Source: Coraliomargarita sp. (GTDB taxonomy: Bacteria > Verrucomicrobiota > Verrucomicrobiia > Opitutales > Coraliomargaritaceae). From it: DNA of 64,000 nucleotides. Shown piece by piece: positions 51,058-62,923 of this stretch. A program made the translations under genes and the position numbers. The stretch's first letter is position 1. Each line of letters starts with the position of its first letter. The notes below the pieces were generated by a model. The model was given only the letters and a program-made list of their open reading frames with translations, made no database searches and was not told the origin of the DNA. The stretch is from NCBI GenBank assembly GCA_965216325.1, contig OZ244160.1, positions 576,001-640,000 of the forward strand. Reading direction: 5' to 3'.

Positions 51058-51085
51058 AAAGCGCTCTCTTCGGGGAGCGCTTTTT
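51058..51085 (+). terminator. Intrinsic terminator after ahcY
   Basis: AAAGCGCTCTC-TTCG-GGGAGCGCTTTTT. Confidence 0.9.
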
Positions 51086-51200
51086 GCGTGTAGCGACGAT
51101 AATAGTGTGCAGCACTGGGACTGATATCCGGCGGTGGACTTCATCCTTCCATGGATCTGTTAACTGAGTTATGTTTCTAACCTATTCGAGAAGTTGATTT

Positions 51201-51716
51201 ATGAATATCGAATCCTACATCCGTGTGACGCCTGACTTTCCGAAGCCGGGGATTATTTTTCGTGATTTTACACCGCTGCTTGCGAATGGACCTGCCTTCA
51301 AAGCACTGACGGATCTGTTTGTGGAGCGCTATGCGGATATGCAGATCGATGTCGTTGTTGGGATTGAAGCGCGTGGCTTTGTGCTCGCATCTGCTCTGGC
51401 TTACGCGTTGGGGGCAGGCACGGTCTTGATACGCAAAGAGGGTAAGCTTCCACACGAAACGCATGCACAGGAGTATGAACTGGAATATGGTTCCAGTGTG
51501 CTCGAGATCAGTCGCGACGCCTTTCAAGAAGGCCAGCGTATCTTGGTGATCGATGATGTTCTGGCAACGGGGGGCACCGTGAATGCAGCGCTCAAGCTCA
51601 TTCAGGAGAACTTCTCGGTGAGTGTCGAAGAATTGGTCTTCCTGATGGAGTTGGTTGACCTTCAGGGGCGAGGTAAGTTGCCGGACCTTCCGATTTATTC
51701 GGCGTTTAGTTACTAG
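51201..51716 (+). CDS. apt: Adenine phosphoribosyltransferase
   Basis: DFPKPGI.F.D, EARGF, YELEYG and VIDDVLATGGT motifs. Confidence 0.96.
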   Translation: MNIESYIRVTPDFPKPGIIFRDFTPLLANGPAFKALTDLFVERYADMQIDVVVGIEARGFVLASALAYALGAGTVLIRKEGKLPHETHAQEYELEYGSSVLEISRDAFQEGQRILVIDDVLATGGTVNAALKLIQENFSVSVEELVFLMELVDLQGRGKLPDLPIYSAFSY

Positions 51717-51816
51717 TTAGATGCATCGATACCCCTCCCAGCTGACAAGCACCCAGAGGGCATTCCACAGGTGACCTCCCATTGGCTGGGGAGGAGCTTT
51801 CTTTTGCACGTGATTT

Positions 51817-51891
51817 GTAGGGGCTTTGCTTGCGAAGCCCGCAGTAGGGAACAGCTTTTTTCGGGGCGGACGTGGCAAACAACGCCCCTAT
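51817..51891. repeat. REPIN family D (inverted relative to 19905), preceded by a CCCCTCC-type hairpin at about 51731-51797
   Basis: GTAGGGGCTTTGCTTGCGAAGCCC ... GGACGTGGCAAACAACGCCCCTA. Confidence 0.78.
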
Positions 51892-51958
51892 GTTTATAAT
51901 AAGAGTGGACTCCCGCGTGGAAGTCCGCCCTGATTGTCGTCAGGTCTGCTCGATTGCT

Positions 51959-52777
51959 TTAGAAGTGATACTTCACAATCCAGCTGAAGGTGTTCTGATC
52001 GGTGTCGAAGTTACTGGTATCTTTGATACCATATTTGTTCTTCCAATAGTCGTATTCGATACCAGTGAATAGTTTCATTGGCTTGATACCTGCGAACACG
52101 CCTACATCAAACTTAAGTTGTGGACAGAAGTGCAGGTGATCGGTGCCATCGCCAAATACCCAGTCCATAAAGCCGTCGCAGACGAAGGTCGATTTGCCTA
52201 CCGGGTGTGTGTATTTCCATGCGGTGGTGAGCTGATAGGTCTCCATATCGCTCTTTCCATCGTCAAAGCGTCGGTAGACGTTGAGTTGGAAGAAATCAAA
52301 TCCTGGTAGGTCCAAGTCGAAACCCGGGCCGACCAGATAGTCGTCGTCGATGTCCTTGCCAAACTCCCAGCAGGTTGCGAGATTCACATCTTTGATGATG
52401 CCGTAGGACAGATCCTTGTTGAGGATCTTACCCGCGCTGAAGCGTGGCGCAAATTCGCCGTAGTAGCTTTGTTTATTGCCGAAACCATTCTCATCGCCAT
52501 CGAAGTGCGTGCCATCGACGAAGATGAAGAGGTCGCCGAAGGACCAACCACTGGCGTGCTCAAAGGTGAGCGTATGCTGTGTGCTTGGATCGACTTCATA
52601 GTTCTTACCTGTCAGGAAGGTTAGGCTGTTGTCCTGCCATAGGACGAGTCCATCAAAGAAACTGGATGCGTTGGTTTCTTCCGCAACTGCTGTAGTGCTT
52701 GCAGGCTCTTCAGCAAGGAGCGAAGTCGTTAATAGGACGGCGCTAGCCGCTGTGATCAATTGTTGTGTCTTTATCAT
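51959..52777 (-). CDS. Tsx-like nucleoside-specific outer-membrane channel
   Basis: Signal peptide, TFEHASGW..GD.F.F.D, YYGE, YDYWKNKYG and terminal Phe. Located in the salvage operon. Confidence 0.85.
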   Translation of the reverse strand: MIKTQQLITAASAVLLTTSLLAEEPASTTAVAEETNASSFFDGLVLWQDNSLTFLTGKNYEVDPSTQHTLTFEHASGWSFGDLFIFVDGTHFDGDENGFGNKQSYYGEFAPRFSAGKILNKDLSYGIIKDVNLATCWEFGKDIDDDYLVGPGFDLDLPGFDFFQLNVYRRFDDGKSDMETYQLTTAWKYTHPVGKSTFVCDGFMDWVFGDGTDHLHFCPQLKFDVGVFAGIKPMKLFTGIEYDYWKNKYGIKDTSNFDTDQNTFSWIVKYHF

Positions 52778-52787
52778 TATCAAAATG

Positions 52788-53330
52788 CTACCCAACCGGT
52801 CCTTCGTAGATGCCGATGTAGGGCACGTTCCGATACTTCTGGGCGTAATCGAGACCATAGCCGCAGACGAATTCATCGGGGATATCGACGCCGCAGAAAT
52901 CAATGTCTACCTCGACTTGGCGTCGCGATGGCTTGTTCAGTAGCGTGCAGATCTTAAGCGAAGCTGGCTTGCGGCTTTCAAGCATGCGCACGACTTTGCT
53001 AAAGGTGTTGCCGGTATCGATGATGTCTTCCACTAAGAGCACGTGGCGATCAGTAATCGACTCGTCGAGGTCCATGACGACTTTGACATCACCGGAACTT
53101 TCGGTCGCATCACCGTAGCTTGAGATGGTCATAAAGTCGGTGACCATTGGCAGTTTCACCTCACGCACAAGGTCAGCCATGAAAACAAAGGAGCCGCGTA
53201 AGAGGCCAACCACGATGAGTTCCTTGTCGGAGTCTTGGTAGTGTGTCGTGATTTCCTTGCCGAGTTGCGTGACAATTTCAGCAATCTCTTCTTGGGAGAA
53301 GAGTATCTTTTTGAGTCCTTGTTCAGCCAT
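52788..53330 (-). CDS. hpt: Hypoxanthine phosphoribosyltransferase
   Basis: LLRGSFVFMADL, LVEDIIDTG and FVCGYGLD motifs. Confidence 0.95.
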   Translation of the reverse strand: MAEQGLKKILFSQEEIAEIVTQLGKEITTHYQDSDKELIVVGLLRGSFVFMADLVREVKLPMVTDFMTISSYGDATESSGDVKVVMDLDESITDRHVLLVEDIIDTGNTFSKVVRMLESRKPASLKICTLLNKPSRRQVEVDIDFCGVDIPDEFVCGYGLDYAQKYRNVPYIGIYEGPVG

Positions 53331-53357
53331 ATTGGGTCCTTCTATATTGGTTGGTGT

Positions 53358-54641
53358 TTAGTGAGTAGAAATGAGTAGGTTGATTGCAGAGAGTAGGCCG
53401 ATGACCCACATGACTGGGGGCAACTTTTTAAGGTCTCCGCTGAATACCGCGATGAGGATGTAGGCGAGGAAGCCGATGGTGAGCCCTGTTGCGATGCTGA
53501 AGGTCAGTGGCATGAGCAGCATGGTCAGAAAGGCTGGTATCGCGACTTTGATGTCTGTGAAGTCGATTTTGCTGATGTTTTTGAACATCAAGGAGCCGAC
53601 GATGATCAACGCGGGTGCGGTTGCGAACGCTGGCACGACACTGATGATGGGAGCTAGGAAGAGTGCCAAAATGAAGAGTCCTGCGGTGAATACCGATGAC
53701 AATCCCGTGCGTGCTCCATCTGCAATTCCGGAGGCTGATTCGATGTAGGTTGTGGTCGTGCTGGTTCCTAGAATCGAGCCGGCGACGGTGGCAACCGCAT
53801 CAGCTTCGAGGATCTTATCGATCTTCTTGATCGAGCCATCCTCCTCGACTTGCCCCGCTTCATACGCACAGGCGACAACGGTTCCGACTGAGTCAAAGAG
53901 GTCAACGAACATGAAGGAGAAAATCGCGCCCATGAGGCCCCACTGAAACGCGCCAATGATATCGAGTTCGCCTGCAATCGGTGCAATTGACGGTGGCAGC
54001 GAGAACAAGGCCTCGGGCATCGCGGTTTCGCCAGCAATAACTCCAGCAACGGTGGCAGCGATAATGCCAATGAGGATCGAGCCTTTGACATTCTTGGCTT
54101 CCAATAGGGCGATGAGTGCCAGCGCAATCAGACCAATCGTGACTGAGGTGGTGATCGAACCCAGGCCGACGAGCGTGGCAGGGTTGTCGATCACGAGGCC
54201 CAAGTTTTTGAGGCCGATAAAGGCGATGAACAGACCGATGCCAGCTGCGGTCGCAATACGCAGGCTCACTGGAATGCCATTCACAATTTTTTGTCGGATG
54301 CCGAGGAGCGTCAGGATTAAGAAGGCGACGCCCGAAATGAAGACGACGCCGAGTGCTGTCTGCCATGAGATTTGCTCGCCGAGGACCAGCGAAAACGTGA
54401 AGAAGGCATTCAAGCCCATGCCCGGAGCCATGGCGAATGGCGCGTTTGCACGGAAGGCAACGAGGAGCGTGCCGATGGCGGCTGCGAGGCAAGTTGCAGT
54501 GATCAGCGCCCCCTTTTCCATGCCCGTCATGCTGAGCATGTCCGGGTTGACGATGATGATGTATGCCATCGTCAAGAAGGTGGTAAAGCCGCCGATTACC
54601 TCCGTGCGGACATCAGTGTTGTTTTCTTTGAGTTTAAACAT
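53358..54641 (-). CDS. NCS2/AzgA-family purine permease
   Basis: TTFLTMAYII.VNP, APGMGLNAFF and YIESASGI..GARTGL motifs. Confidence 0.93.
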   Translation of the reverse strand: MFKLKENNTDVRTEVIGGFTTFLTMAYIIIVNPDMLSMTGMEKGALITATCLAAAIGTLLVAFRANAPFAMAPGMGLNAFFTFSLVLGEQISWQTALGVVFISGVAFLILTLLGIRQKIVNGIPVSLRIATAAGIGLFIAFIGLKNLGLVIDNPATLVGLGSITTSVTIGLIALALIALLEAKNVKGSILIGIIAATVAGVIAGETAMPEALFSLPPSIAPIAGELDIIGAFQWGLMGAIFSFMFVDLFDSVGTVVACAYEAGQVEEDGSIKKIDKILEADAVATVAGSILGTSTTTTYIESASGIADGARTGLSSVFTAGLFILALFLAPIISVVPAFATAPALIIVGSLMFKNISKIDFTDIKVAIPAFLTMLLMPLTFSIATGLTIGFLAYILIAVFSGDLKKLPPVMWVIGLLSAINLLISTH

Positions 54642-54692
54642 GAAGGCTCTTCAGTTCGTATGTGTTGTTGGTTGAATTTTGCGTTGCTGTAT

Positions 54693-55328
54693 TCAGGTTC
54701 CGAACAGGCGGTCGCCTGCATCCCCGAGTCCGGGTAAAATGTAGGCGTTGTCATTGAGCTCCTTGTCTAGCGCGGCCGCATAAATTTCGACATCCGGGTG
54801 CGCATGTTGAAAGGCTTCAACACCTTCGGGTGCGGCGACCAAGCACATGAACTTAATATTCTTTGCGCCGTTCTTCTTGAGTAAGTCCGCCGATGCGATC
54901 GCAGAACCTCCGGTTGCGAGCATCGGATCGATCATGATGAACATACGCTCTTCGGGTTGCTTCATTGGTCGAAAATAGTAGGTCACGGGTTCGTGTGTGT
55001 CATGATCCCGATACAAGCCCAAATGGCTTACCGCACAGTTCGGAATTAGATTCAATACACCGTCGACCATGCCGAGTCCTGCGCGGAGTAGGGGCACGAG
55101 CACGACATTCTCGGCGTCAATGACATGGCAGATTGTTTCCTCCAGCGGGGTCTCTACTTGCACCGCGCGCACAGGTAAGTTCTTGGTGATCTCATAAGCC
55201 AAGAGTGTGCCGACTTCGTCGACCAGTTCCTTGAAGACTTTCTTTGGGGTGTGCTTATCGCGAATGTAGCTGAGCTTGTGTTGAATCAGCGGATGATTCG
55301 AGATCGTGAGTGTTGGGAATCGTTTCAT
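54693..55328 (-). CDS. upp: Uracil phosphoribosyltransferase
   Basis: [24 protein letters not shown] and PGLGDAGDR motifs. Confidence 0.97.
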   Translation of the reverse strand: MKRFPTLTISNHPLIQHKLSYIRDKHTPKKVFKELVDEVGTLLAYEITKNLPVRAVQVETPLEETICHVIDAENVVLVPLLRAGLGMVDGVLNLIPNCAVSHLGLYRDHDTHEPVTYYFRPMKQPEERMFIMIDPMLATGGSAIASADLLKKNGAKNIKFMCLVAAPEGVEAFQHAHPDVEIYAAALDKELNDNAYILPGLGDAGDRLFGT

Positions 55329-55344
55329 GGTAGTTTGGTTGGTG

Positions 55345-56565
55345 TTAATCGTTGTCCGGGTCGTCAGGTAAAATGATGTGGAGAGCCAAGTTTGCGAGCA
55401 TGCCGATCAAGGCGGCCAATCCGATACCTTCGATGGCGAAATTACCAATGGATAGCTTCACGCCGCCTAAGCCGCATACGAGAATGAGTGCGACGATGAT
55501 CAAATTGCGGCTGCGGTTGAAATCGAGTTGTGCATTCGAAATTGTGCGAATGCCAACCGAGGCGATCATCCCGAATAGAATGAAACTGACACCGCCCATA
55601 ACGGCGACGGGGATGGTGCGCAGGAAGCCACCGATGGGGCTAAATAAGCCAAGCAAGATCGCGAAGGCTGCTGCAATGCGAATGACTGCAGGACTGTAGT
55701 TCTTAGTGACTGCCAAGACACCGGTGTTTTCAGAGTAGGTGGTGTTCGGAGGGCCTCCAATGAAGCCTGAAAACATCGTAGCCAATCCATCGCCCAGTAA
55801 GGTTCGGTGTAGACCTGGCTTCTTGAAGAAATCCTTTTTAACGACTGCACCGTTGGTCGTAATGTCTCCGATATGTTCCATAACTGAGACGATGGCAATC
55901 GGCATGATTGTTAAGATGGCCCCTAATTCGAATGAGGGGAGCACAAAGTTATCCGCGCCGATAAAGAGACTGCCGGTGCTTTGCAGTGGGGAGTAGTCGA
56001 TTCGCCCTAAGGCAGCTGCGACCGCATAGCCTGCAAAAATGCCAATAAGGATTGGCACTAATTTAAAGAAGCCTTTCATGAAGCAGGAAACGGCTATGAT
56101 CGTTAGAATCGAAACGATGGATAGCAGCCAATCGGAAGAGGCCATGCTGACCCCGATCGGGGCTAAGGATAAGCCGATGACCATAATCACCGGTCCGGTG
56201 ACGACTGCTGGGAAGAGTCGCTTCATGAGTTGGACGCCGCCGATTTTCACGACCAGCGACATCAGCATGTAAATCAGGCCGGCAAAGATAACACCTCCAA
56301 GAGCTGCGGATAAACCGCTGCCATCCTCTCCAGCGACTGTTTTAATCGCTCCAATAAAGGCAAAGCTAGATCCTAGGAATACCGGGACTATGCCGCCAGT
56401 TACTCCATGGAAAATAAATGTGCCGATCCCCGCTGCGAGTAGGGCGATGCTTGGGTCCATTCCAGTTAAGGCGGGCATGAGGATGGTTGCTCCGAACATC
56501 GCAAAGACGTGCTGGATTCCCAGCACGAGCTGTGGCCCGATACTTACTTGATCTTGTTTTACCAT
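55345..56565 (-). CDS. uraA: Uracil/xanthine permease
   Basis: [22 protein letters not shown] and PNTTYSEN motifs. Confidence 0.9.
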   Translation of the reverse strand: MVKQDQVSIGPQLVLGIQHVFAMFGATILMPALTGMDPSIALLAAGIGTFIFHGVTGGIVPVFLGSSFAFIGAIKTVAGEDGSGLSAALGGVIFAGLIYMLMSLVVKIGGVQLMKRLFPAVVTGPVIMVIGLSLAPIGVSMASSDWLLSIVSILTIIAVSCFMKGFFKLVPILIGIFAGYAVAAALGRIDYSPLQSTGSLFIGADNFVLPSFELGAILTIMPIAIVSVMEHIGDITTNGAVVKKDFFKKPGLHRTLLGDGLATMFSGFIGGPPNTTYSENTGVLAVTKNYSPAVIRIAAAFAILLGLFSPIGGFLRTIPVAVMGGVSFILFGMIASVGIRTISNAQLDFNRSRNLIIVALILVCGLGGVKLSIGNFAIEGIGLAALIGMLANLALHIILPDDPDND

Positions 56566-56659
56566 TTGTTCGTTTGTTCTGCTCTGGATTCGGAGAATCA
56601 ACCATTACGCTGAAAACACAGGGCGTTGGCCCCTCTCAATCACATCGTAATGATAAGGC

Positions 56660-56712
56660 AAAAAAAAGCTACCTGAGAGACTTCGCCTTGCGGTTATGTC
56701 TCCCAGGTAGCT
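56660..56712 (-). terminator. Terminator after the carboxyltransferase gene
   Basis: Long stem AGCTACCTGGGAGAC...GTCTCTCAGGTAGCT plus T8 on the minus strand. Confidence 0.8.
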
Positions 56713-56732
56713 CAAGTTTAAATACTCAGTTG

Positions 56733-58232
<1,500 letters not shown>

Positions 58233-58383
58233 AATTTACAACTTAGGATTTGGATAAGTTCAGCTTTATGCTTTTATTTTTAAAATCAGCAAGGCTTATG
58301 GGTTGAGCTTGTTATCTATAAGGGTAGCTGATATGCTGCAAAAGCAATTCGATGTACCACTTAGTTGTGGAATCGTCTCTAGC

Positions 58384-59427
58384 CTATGGGTTTACAAACA
58401 CAGGTAGCCCGTCATGGATCGCATGAACGAGGCTCTCGGCATTCCAGTTTGCTAGGCGAAAGCAGCCGCTCGACTCTGTGCGACCGACTTGTTCGGGCGC
58501 AGGGGTGCCATGTATGCCGTAGCTCGGGAGGTTAAGCCCGATCCAGACTGTGCCGACCGGGTTATTGGGGCCTTGAGGGATAACAAACTTGCTGGTGATC
58601 CCTTCCCGCTTGGCAGTATTCTTAAGGATTGCGGGGTTGAAGGTGTAGTTGGGGTCCTCAACCCGGACTTTGACGCGAAGCTCGCCACTGGGGCGCTTAT
58701 CGACTCTTTCAGCAATACTGACCGGGCAATGAAAGAGTAGCTTACCGTCCGCATCGAGTAGCTGCAGTTGACGGAGTGAGAGGTGGATCTGGATCGAATC
58801 GGCGCGTCCTTTTGGAATCGAGTAGGGCGTCAGATAGGGCACACGGATTCGTGTGCCAGCGCGAAGACTGTTCCAATGAATGCTGGGATTCAGTGCCTTG
58901 ATATAGTCGGGGTCGCTTAGACTGTGCTCGGCAACCATCTCAAGGACCGAATTGTAGGCCATTGAATCCACGAACTCACGCTCGCGCCATGTCCGCGGTT
59001 TGGGGGAGATTCGTTGAAAATCCCGAGTGGTGAGTTCCAGCTCTGCAAAGACCGGATCTTCGATGCGTAAGAGTCGACTGGTGGCAGGGTCGAGTTCGCC
59101 GCTTTGGGGCAGTTCGTGTCGTGCCTGGAAGGCTTTAAGTGCGAGTTTGGTCTGGCTGCCAAGGGTGCCGTCGATTGAGCCCGGTGAGCAGCCTTGGCGT
59201 GCGAGTGCGATTTGGAGTTCGGTTGGGCTGGCGATTGTGCGACCCGCAGGCAAGTTCCGCGTGGCTGGGCGTACAACTAGCCAGTAGTAGCCAGCAATTA
59301 CCGCAGCGATGGTGAGCAGCGCAATTAGCCATGGTTTGATTGGCAGCTTGCGCTTGGCTTTGCGGCGGGTTGGCTTGCGTCGTGTCGCGCGTTTGCGTGT
59401 GCGGGCTGTTTTGCGTTTTGGGCTCAG
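58384..59427 (-). CDS. L,D-transpeptidase with peptidoglycan-binding domain and N-terminal membrane anchor
   Basis: IDG..G.QT..AL..FQ PG-binding motif, GPNNPVG and YGIHGT...SSGCFRL. The frame stays open upstream of 59253 to a CTG at 59427. Confidence 0.85.
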   Translation of the reverse strand: MSPKRKTARTRKRATRRKPTRRKAKRKLPIKPWLIALLTIAAVIAGYYWLVVRPATRNLPAGRTIASPTELQIALARQGCSPGSIDGTLGSQTKLALKAFQARHELPQSGELDPATSRLLRIEDPVFAELELTTRDFQRISPKPRTWREREFVDSMAYNSVLEMVAEHSLSDPDYIKALNPSIHWNSLRAGTRIRVPYLTPYSIPKGRADSIQIHLSLRQLQLLDADGKLLFHCPVSIAERVDKRPSGELRVKVRVEDPNYTFNPAILKNTAKREGITSKFVIPQGPNNPVGTVWIGLNLPSYGIHGTPAPEQVGRTESSGCFRLANWNAESLVHAIHDGLPVFVNP

Positions 59428-59522
59428 ATCTAAAGAAGCTTACTCTTCATCTTGCTCATAATCTTACTCTAGAACACGTGAGATTAAGATTACAATTATG
59501 AGTAGGATTCAGATAATTAAGG

Positions 59523-61691
59523 CTACGACTTCGGCGGAGCTTTACGCACCAGCACTTTAGGCATCTCGCCGTGGTCGTCTTGTGTTTGGCGAGAGTCCGT
59601 TTCCTGTTTACGATAGGTGGACTCTTCAAGGAAGAGCTTCTGTGCCGATACCAGAGAGTTGCCCTTACGATTGCGGCTGGATTTTGTGTAGGAACCGTTG
59701 GCACGTAGGAAGCGGGCGTTTTGGGTGTCGGTCAGATAGACCTCGAGGATGTGGATCAGGCGCTCACGGATGCCCGGGTCTTTGACCGGAAAGACACACT
59801 CGATACGGCGGTAGAAATTACGTGGCATCCAGTCGGCGCTACCAGCCAGCAGGTGTGGCTCAACTCCTGTGGTATTTTCAAAGTAGAAGATGCGGCTGTG
59901 CTCAAGATAGCGACCGAGGATGCTACGCACTTTGATGTTTTCGCTGATGCCACGAATGCCGGGTACCAGGTTGCAAATGCCACGGACGATGAGATCAATC
60001 TTCACTCCAGCTTGTGAGGCACGGTAGAGGTTATCGATTGTTTCCTGATCCACCAAGCTGTTAGTTTGGACAATAATCCGTGCAGGCTTTCCAGCGCGGG
60101 CGTTGCGTGCTTCGGCTTGGATGTATTTCTGGATCGTCGAGTGCAGGTTGAACGGAGCAACGAGTAGTTTCTTAAACGACGGTGTCAGCGAGAAACCCGT
60201 GAGTGTGTTGAATAGGTTCGCGACTTCTTCGGTGAGATCTTCGCGTGCGGTGAAGTAGCTCAGGTCGGTATACAGGCGAGCGGTCTTGGGATTATAGTTT
60301 CCTGTGCCGAGGTGGCAGTAGCGCTTGAGTCCTTTGCCCTCACGGCGCACGACCATACAGGTTTTACAGTGGGTCTTCAATCCGACCAATCCATACACTA
60401 CATGCACACCAACGTCCTCAAGTTGGCGGGCCCATTGAATGTTGTTTGCCTCATCAAAGCGGGCTTTGATCTCCACCAGCACGGTGACTTGCTTGCCGTT
60501 ACGGGACGCCTCCATTAGAGCCTCAACAATGGGCGAGTCACCGGAGGTGCGATAGAGGGTTTGCTTGATGGCGAAGACTTTCGGATCTCGCGCGGCGCGC
60601 TGAATGAAGTCCACGAAGGGCTGAAAGCTATCGTAAGGCTGGTGTAGCAGGTAGTCCTTCTTAGCGATATTTTCAAACAGCCGTTCGGGCGATTCGAGAT
60701 CGGGCTCGGTGTAGGGGAACTGTGGCGGAAATTTTAGCTCCGGACGGTCAATCAGATCGTAGGCGCTCATCATGCGCGCGAAGTTGATTGGCCCATCAAT
60801 GGTATAGACGTGCTCGGGGGCCAAGTCGATGGACTGTAGCAAGTCCTGCATGAGCACTGGGTCGGCACCGCTGGCAATTTCCAGGCGCACCGCAGCTCCC
60901 TTTTCACGATTCATCAGCTCTTCTTGAAGCTTGTTGAGCAGGTTCTCCACTTCTTCTTCATCGAAATAGAGGTCACTGTTGCGCGTGATTCGGAAGGGCA
61001 CCGCCGAATGCACTCGATAGCCGGGGAAGAGTTGGCTCACATAGCGTTGGATAATGTCGCTTAGGAAGATATAAACCTCGGGCTTGCCACGGCGTGGCAC
61101 GTCGACTCGGACGACACGCGGCAAAATGCGGGGCACGGGGATAATCGCCATACGGTGGTCCGACTTGCCTTTGTCGACATCGCCGATTGAGGCCAAAATG
61201 TAGAGTGCTTTGTTCGCGAGCTTTGGAAAGGGGTGAGCCGGATCGATCGCTAATGGAGTTAACACCGGGAAAATTTGCTCTTCAAAATAGTCACTCAGCC
61301 AGCGCTTCTCGTTGCGCGTCAGGTCATCGTAGCCACGAAAGAGAATCGAGGACTGTTCCAATTCGGGAACGATTTGCTGATGCCAGCAGTCATACTGATC
61401 GCTCACTAGACGTTTGGCGATACTTTGGATGCGTCGGATCTGCTCTTTGGGGCCGAGGCCGTCTGGACCGCGCTCGATAATACCCGACTTTACCTGCTGC
61501 ATGAGGCCCGAGACGCGGATCTCGAAGAATTCATCGAGGTTTGAGCTGACGAAGGCCAGGAACTTCATACGCTCCAGCAGTGGATAGTCCGCAGACTCAG
61601 CCTGCTCAAGAACACGACGGTTAAAGGCGAGCCATGAAAGCTCACGGTTGAAGTAAGGGAAGCGGGAGAGGGTTGGATTCGAATTCGTCAC
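59523..61691 (-). CDS. ppk1: Polyphosphate kinase 1
   Basis: [31 protein letters not shown] and YLEHSR motifs. GTG 61691 is the likely start. Confidence 0.97.
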   Translation of the reverse strand: MTNSNPTLSRFPYFNRELSWLAFNRRVLEQAESADYPLLERMKFLAFVSSNLDEFFEIRVSGLMQQVKSGIIERGPDGLGPKEQIRRIQSIAKRLVSDQYDCWHQQIVPELEQSSILFRGYDDLTRNEKRWLSDYFEEQIFPVLTPLAIDPAHPFPKLANKALYILASIGDVDKGKSDHRMAIIPVPRILPRVVRVDVPRRGKPEVYIFLSDIIQRYVSQLFPGYRVHSAVPFRITRNSDLYFDEEEVENLLNKLQEELMNREKGAAVRLEIASGADPVLMQDLLQSIDLAPEHVYTIDGPINFARMMSAYDLIDRPELKFPPQFPYTEPDLESPERLFENIAKKDYLLHQPYDSFQPFVDFIQRAARDPKVFAIKQTLYRTSGDSPIVEALMEASRNGKQVTVLVEIKARFDEANNIQWARQLEDVGVHVVYGLVGLKTHCKTCMVVRREGKGLKRYCHLGTGNYNPKTARLYTDLSYFTAREDLTEEVANLFNTLTGFSLTPSFKKLLVAPFNLHSTIQKYIQAEARNARAGKPARIIVQTNSLVDQETIDNLYRASQAGVKIDLIVRGICNLVPGIRGISENIKVRSILGRYLEHSRIFYFENTTGVEPHLLAGSADWMPRNFYRRIECVFPVKDPGIRERLIHILEVYLTDTQNARFLRANGSYTKSSRNRKGNSLVSAQKLFLEESTYRKQETDSRQTQDDHGEMPKVLVRKAPPKS

Positions 61692-61768
61692 GCAGTGCAA
61701 AAGTTGATAGGCTAGGCATATCGTAGTGTGAGCGGATGGCAAGTCTACCTCGGCTTCGGCGTGTGAAT

Positions 61769-61911
61769 TTTGAACCGCTCATATACGTGAATCGATGCTG
61801 AGTGCATGATTTGTAGAATACCGCTTCAGATACTCGTGTGTTGTTGAGGCTTCTGTAATGCCATTCGTTTGGCTCGAATGAGCGTTGATTTACGTAAATG
61901 ATGAGTTCAAA
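61769..61911. repeat. Degenerate AACCG-family inverted-repeat element
   Basis: TTTGAACCGCTCATATACGTGAATCG ... CGTTGATTTACGTAAATGATGAGTTCAAA. Confidence 0.6.
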
Positions 61912-62008
61912 TCGCTCTGTGAGGCTTAACGGTTAAAAATGAGGAAAATTTCCCAAACCAGTTGCAAAATAGCGGATTTCACTGATGCTATTCTTCACAC
62001 CTTTAATT

Positions 62009-62221
62009 ATGAAGATCACATACCTACTAACACTCCTCGTTGCCTTGGGTTTATTCGCAGGCTGCAGCTCAAACTCCGATTCTGATGCTGGTGCATCTGC
62101 TGAATCTGCCGCTCAGACGGGTTCCGGTGAAGAAATCGATGAATCCGTTATCACTCCAAATGATGGCCCTCTGATGGACCAATACCTTTCCGGTGAGATT
62201 CCAGGCTACGACGACGAGTAA
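62009..62221 (+). CDS. Small acidic lipoprotein
   Basis: MK plus hydrophobic stretch and lipobox FAGC. Followed by a terminator. Confidence 0.8.
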   Translation: MKITYLLTLLVALGLFAGCSSNSDSDAGASAESAAQTGSGEEIDESVITPNDGPLMDQYLSGEIPGYDDE

Positions 62222-62243
62222 TCCCGTCAGCAGTTGAACTTTC

Positions 62244-62283
62244 AAAACGCCTCTTCAACCGTTTGGTTGGAGCGGCGTTTTTT
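62244..62283 (+). terminator. Intrinsic terminator (possibly bidirectional)
   Basis: AAAACGCC.CTTCAACC...GGTTGGAG.GGCGTTTTTT. Confidence 0.75.
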
Positions 62284-62289
62284 GTATCG

Positions 62290-62354
62290 GTAGCACAGGC
62301 GTTAGGCCTGTGTGTTATTTGTCAAAAGCGACGCGGGCAAGATGCCGGTATGAC
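62290..62354. repeat. Degenerate REPIN family B
   Basis: GTAGCACAGGCGTTAGGCCTGTG ... GGGCAAGATGCC. Confidence 0.6.
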
Positions 62355-62355
62355 T

Positions 62356-62901
62356 TTACTTCTTCTTGGGAAGGATCACACGGCGGCGCGGTATCGCTTT
62401 GCTACGTGAGGTGTTGTTATTGCTTGGTAAGCCCGGTGGTAAGGCATTGGGCTGCTTGTTGGCCGAAGCGCTGCTTGGCTTGGTCGGCATGGATGACCTG
62501 ACCGGTAGAGGTGCGTCGCTGGCGCTCATCAAGGTGAGCTGTTCAGAGCGCCCATTCATCGTGACCACGACCGTTTGCGCATCCGCATTAAAGCTACTGA
62601 TTGCGATGCCATCTTGATTCTGACCTTGAGTGAGCCAATAGCTACGCTGGTTTTGCTTGTTGAAAATACTGAAGCGATAGGTGCCGGCGAGATTGATGAG
62701 CCCTTTGAACTCCAATTGCTTTGCGATCGGGCCATTGACTTGTGGAGGGGACGGCGCTTGTTCGACTTCTTGCGATAGGTAGCCCGGTGGCAGGAAGGGG
62801 CTGTCTTCTTTCAAGTCCTTGGCTGCAAATAGGCTGCCAGTCAGGCCAATGCTGAGGAGACCTAAGGCAGATTTGCGTAACACTGTGTAATGCTGGGGCA
62901 T
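62356..62901 (-). CDS. Hypothetical exported protein downstream of the secretin
   Basis: Signal-like N-terminus from ATG 62901, SPFLPP motif and basic C-terminal RRRVILP. Confidence 0.7.
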   Translation of the reverse strand: MPQHYTVLRKSALGLLSIGLTGSLFAAKDLKEDSPFLPPGYLSQEVEQAPSPPQVNGPIAKQLEFKGLINLAGTYRFSIFNKQNQRSYWLTQGQNQDGIAISSFNADAQTVVVTMNGRSEQLTLMSASDAPLPVRSSMPTKPSSASANKQPNALPPGLPSNNNTSRSKAIPRRRVILPKKK

Positions 62902-62923
62902 GGACTCTTGAATTTCAGCGTGA

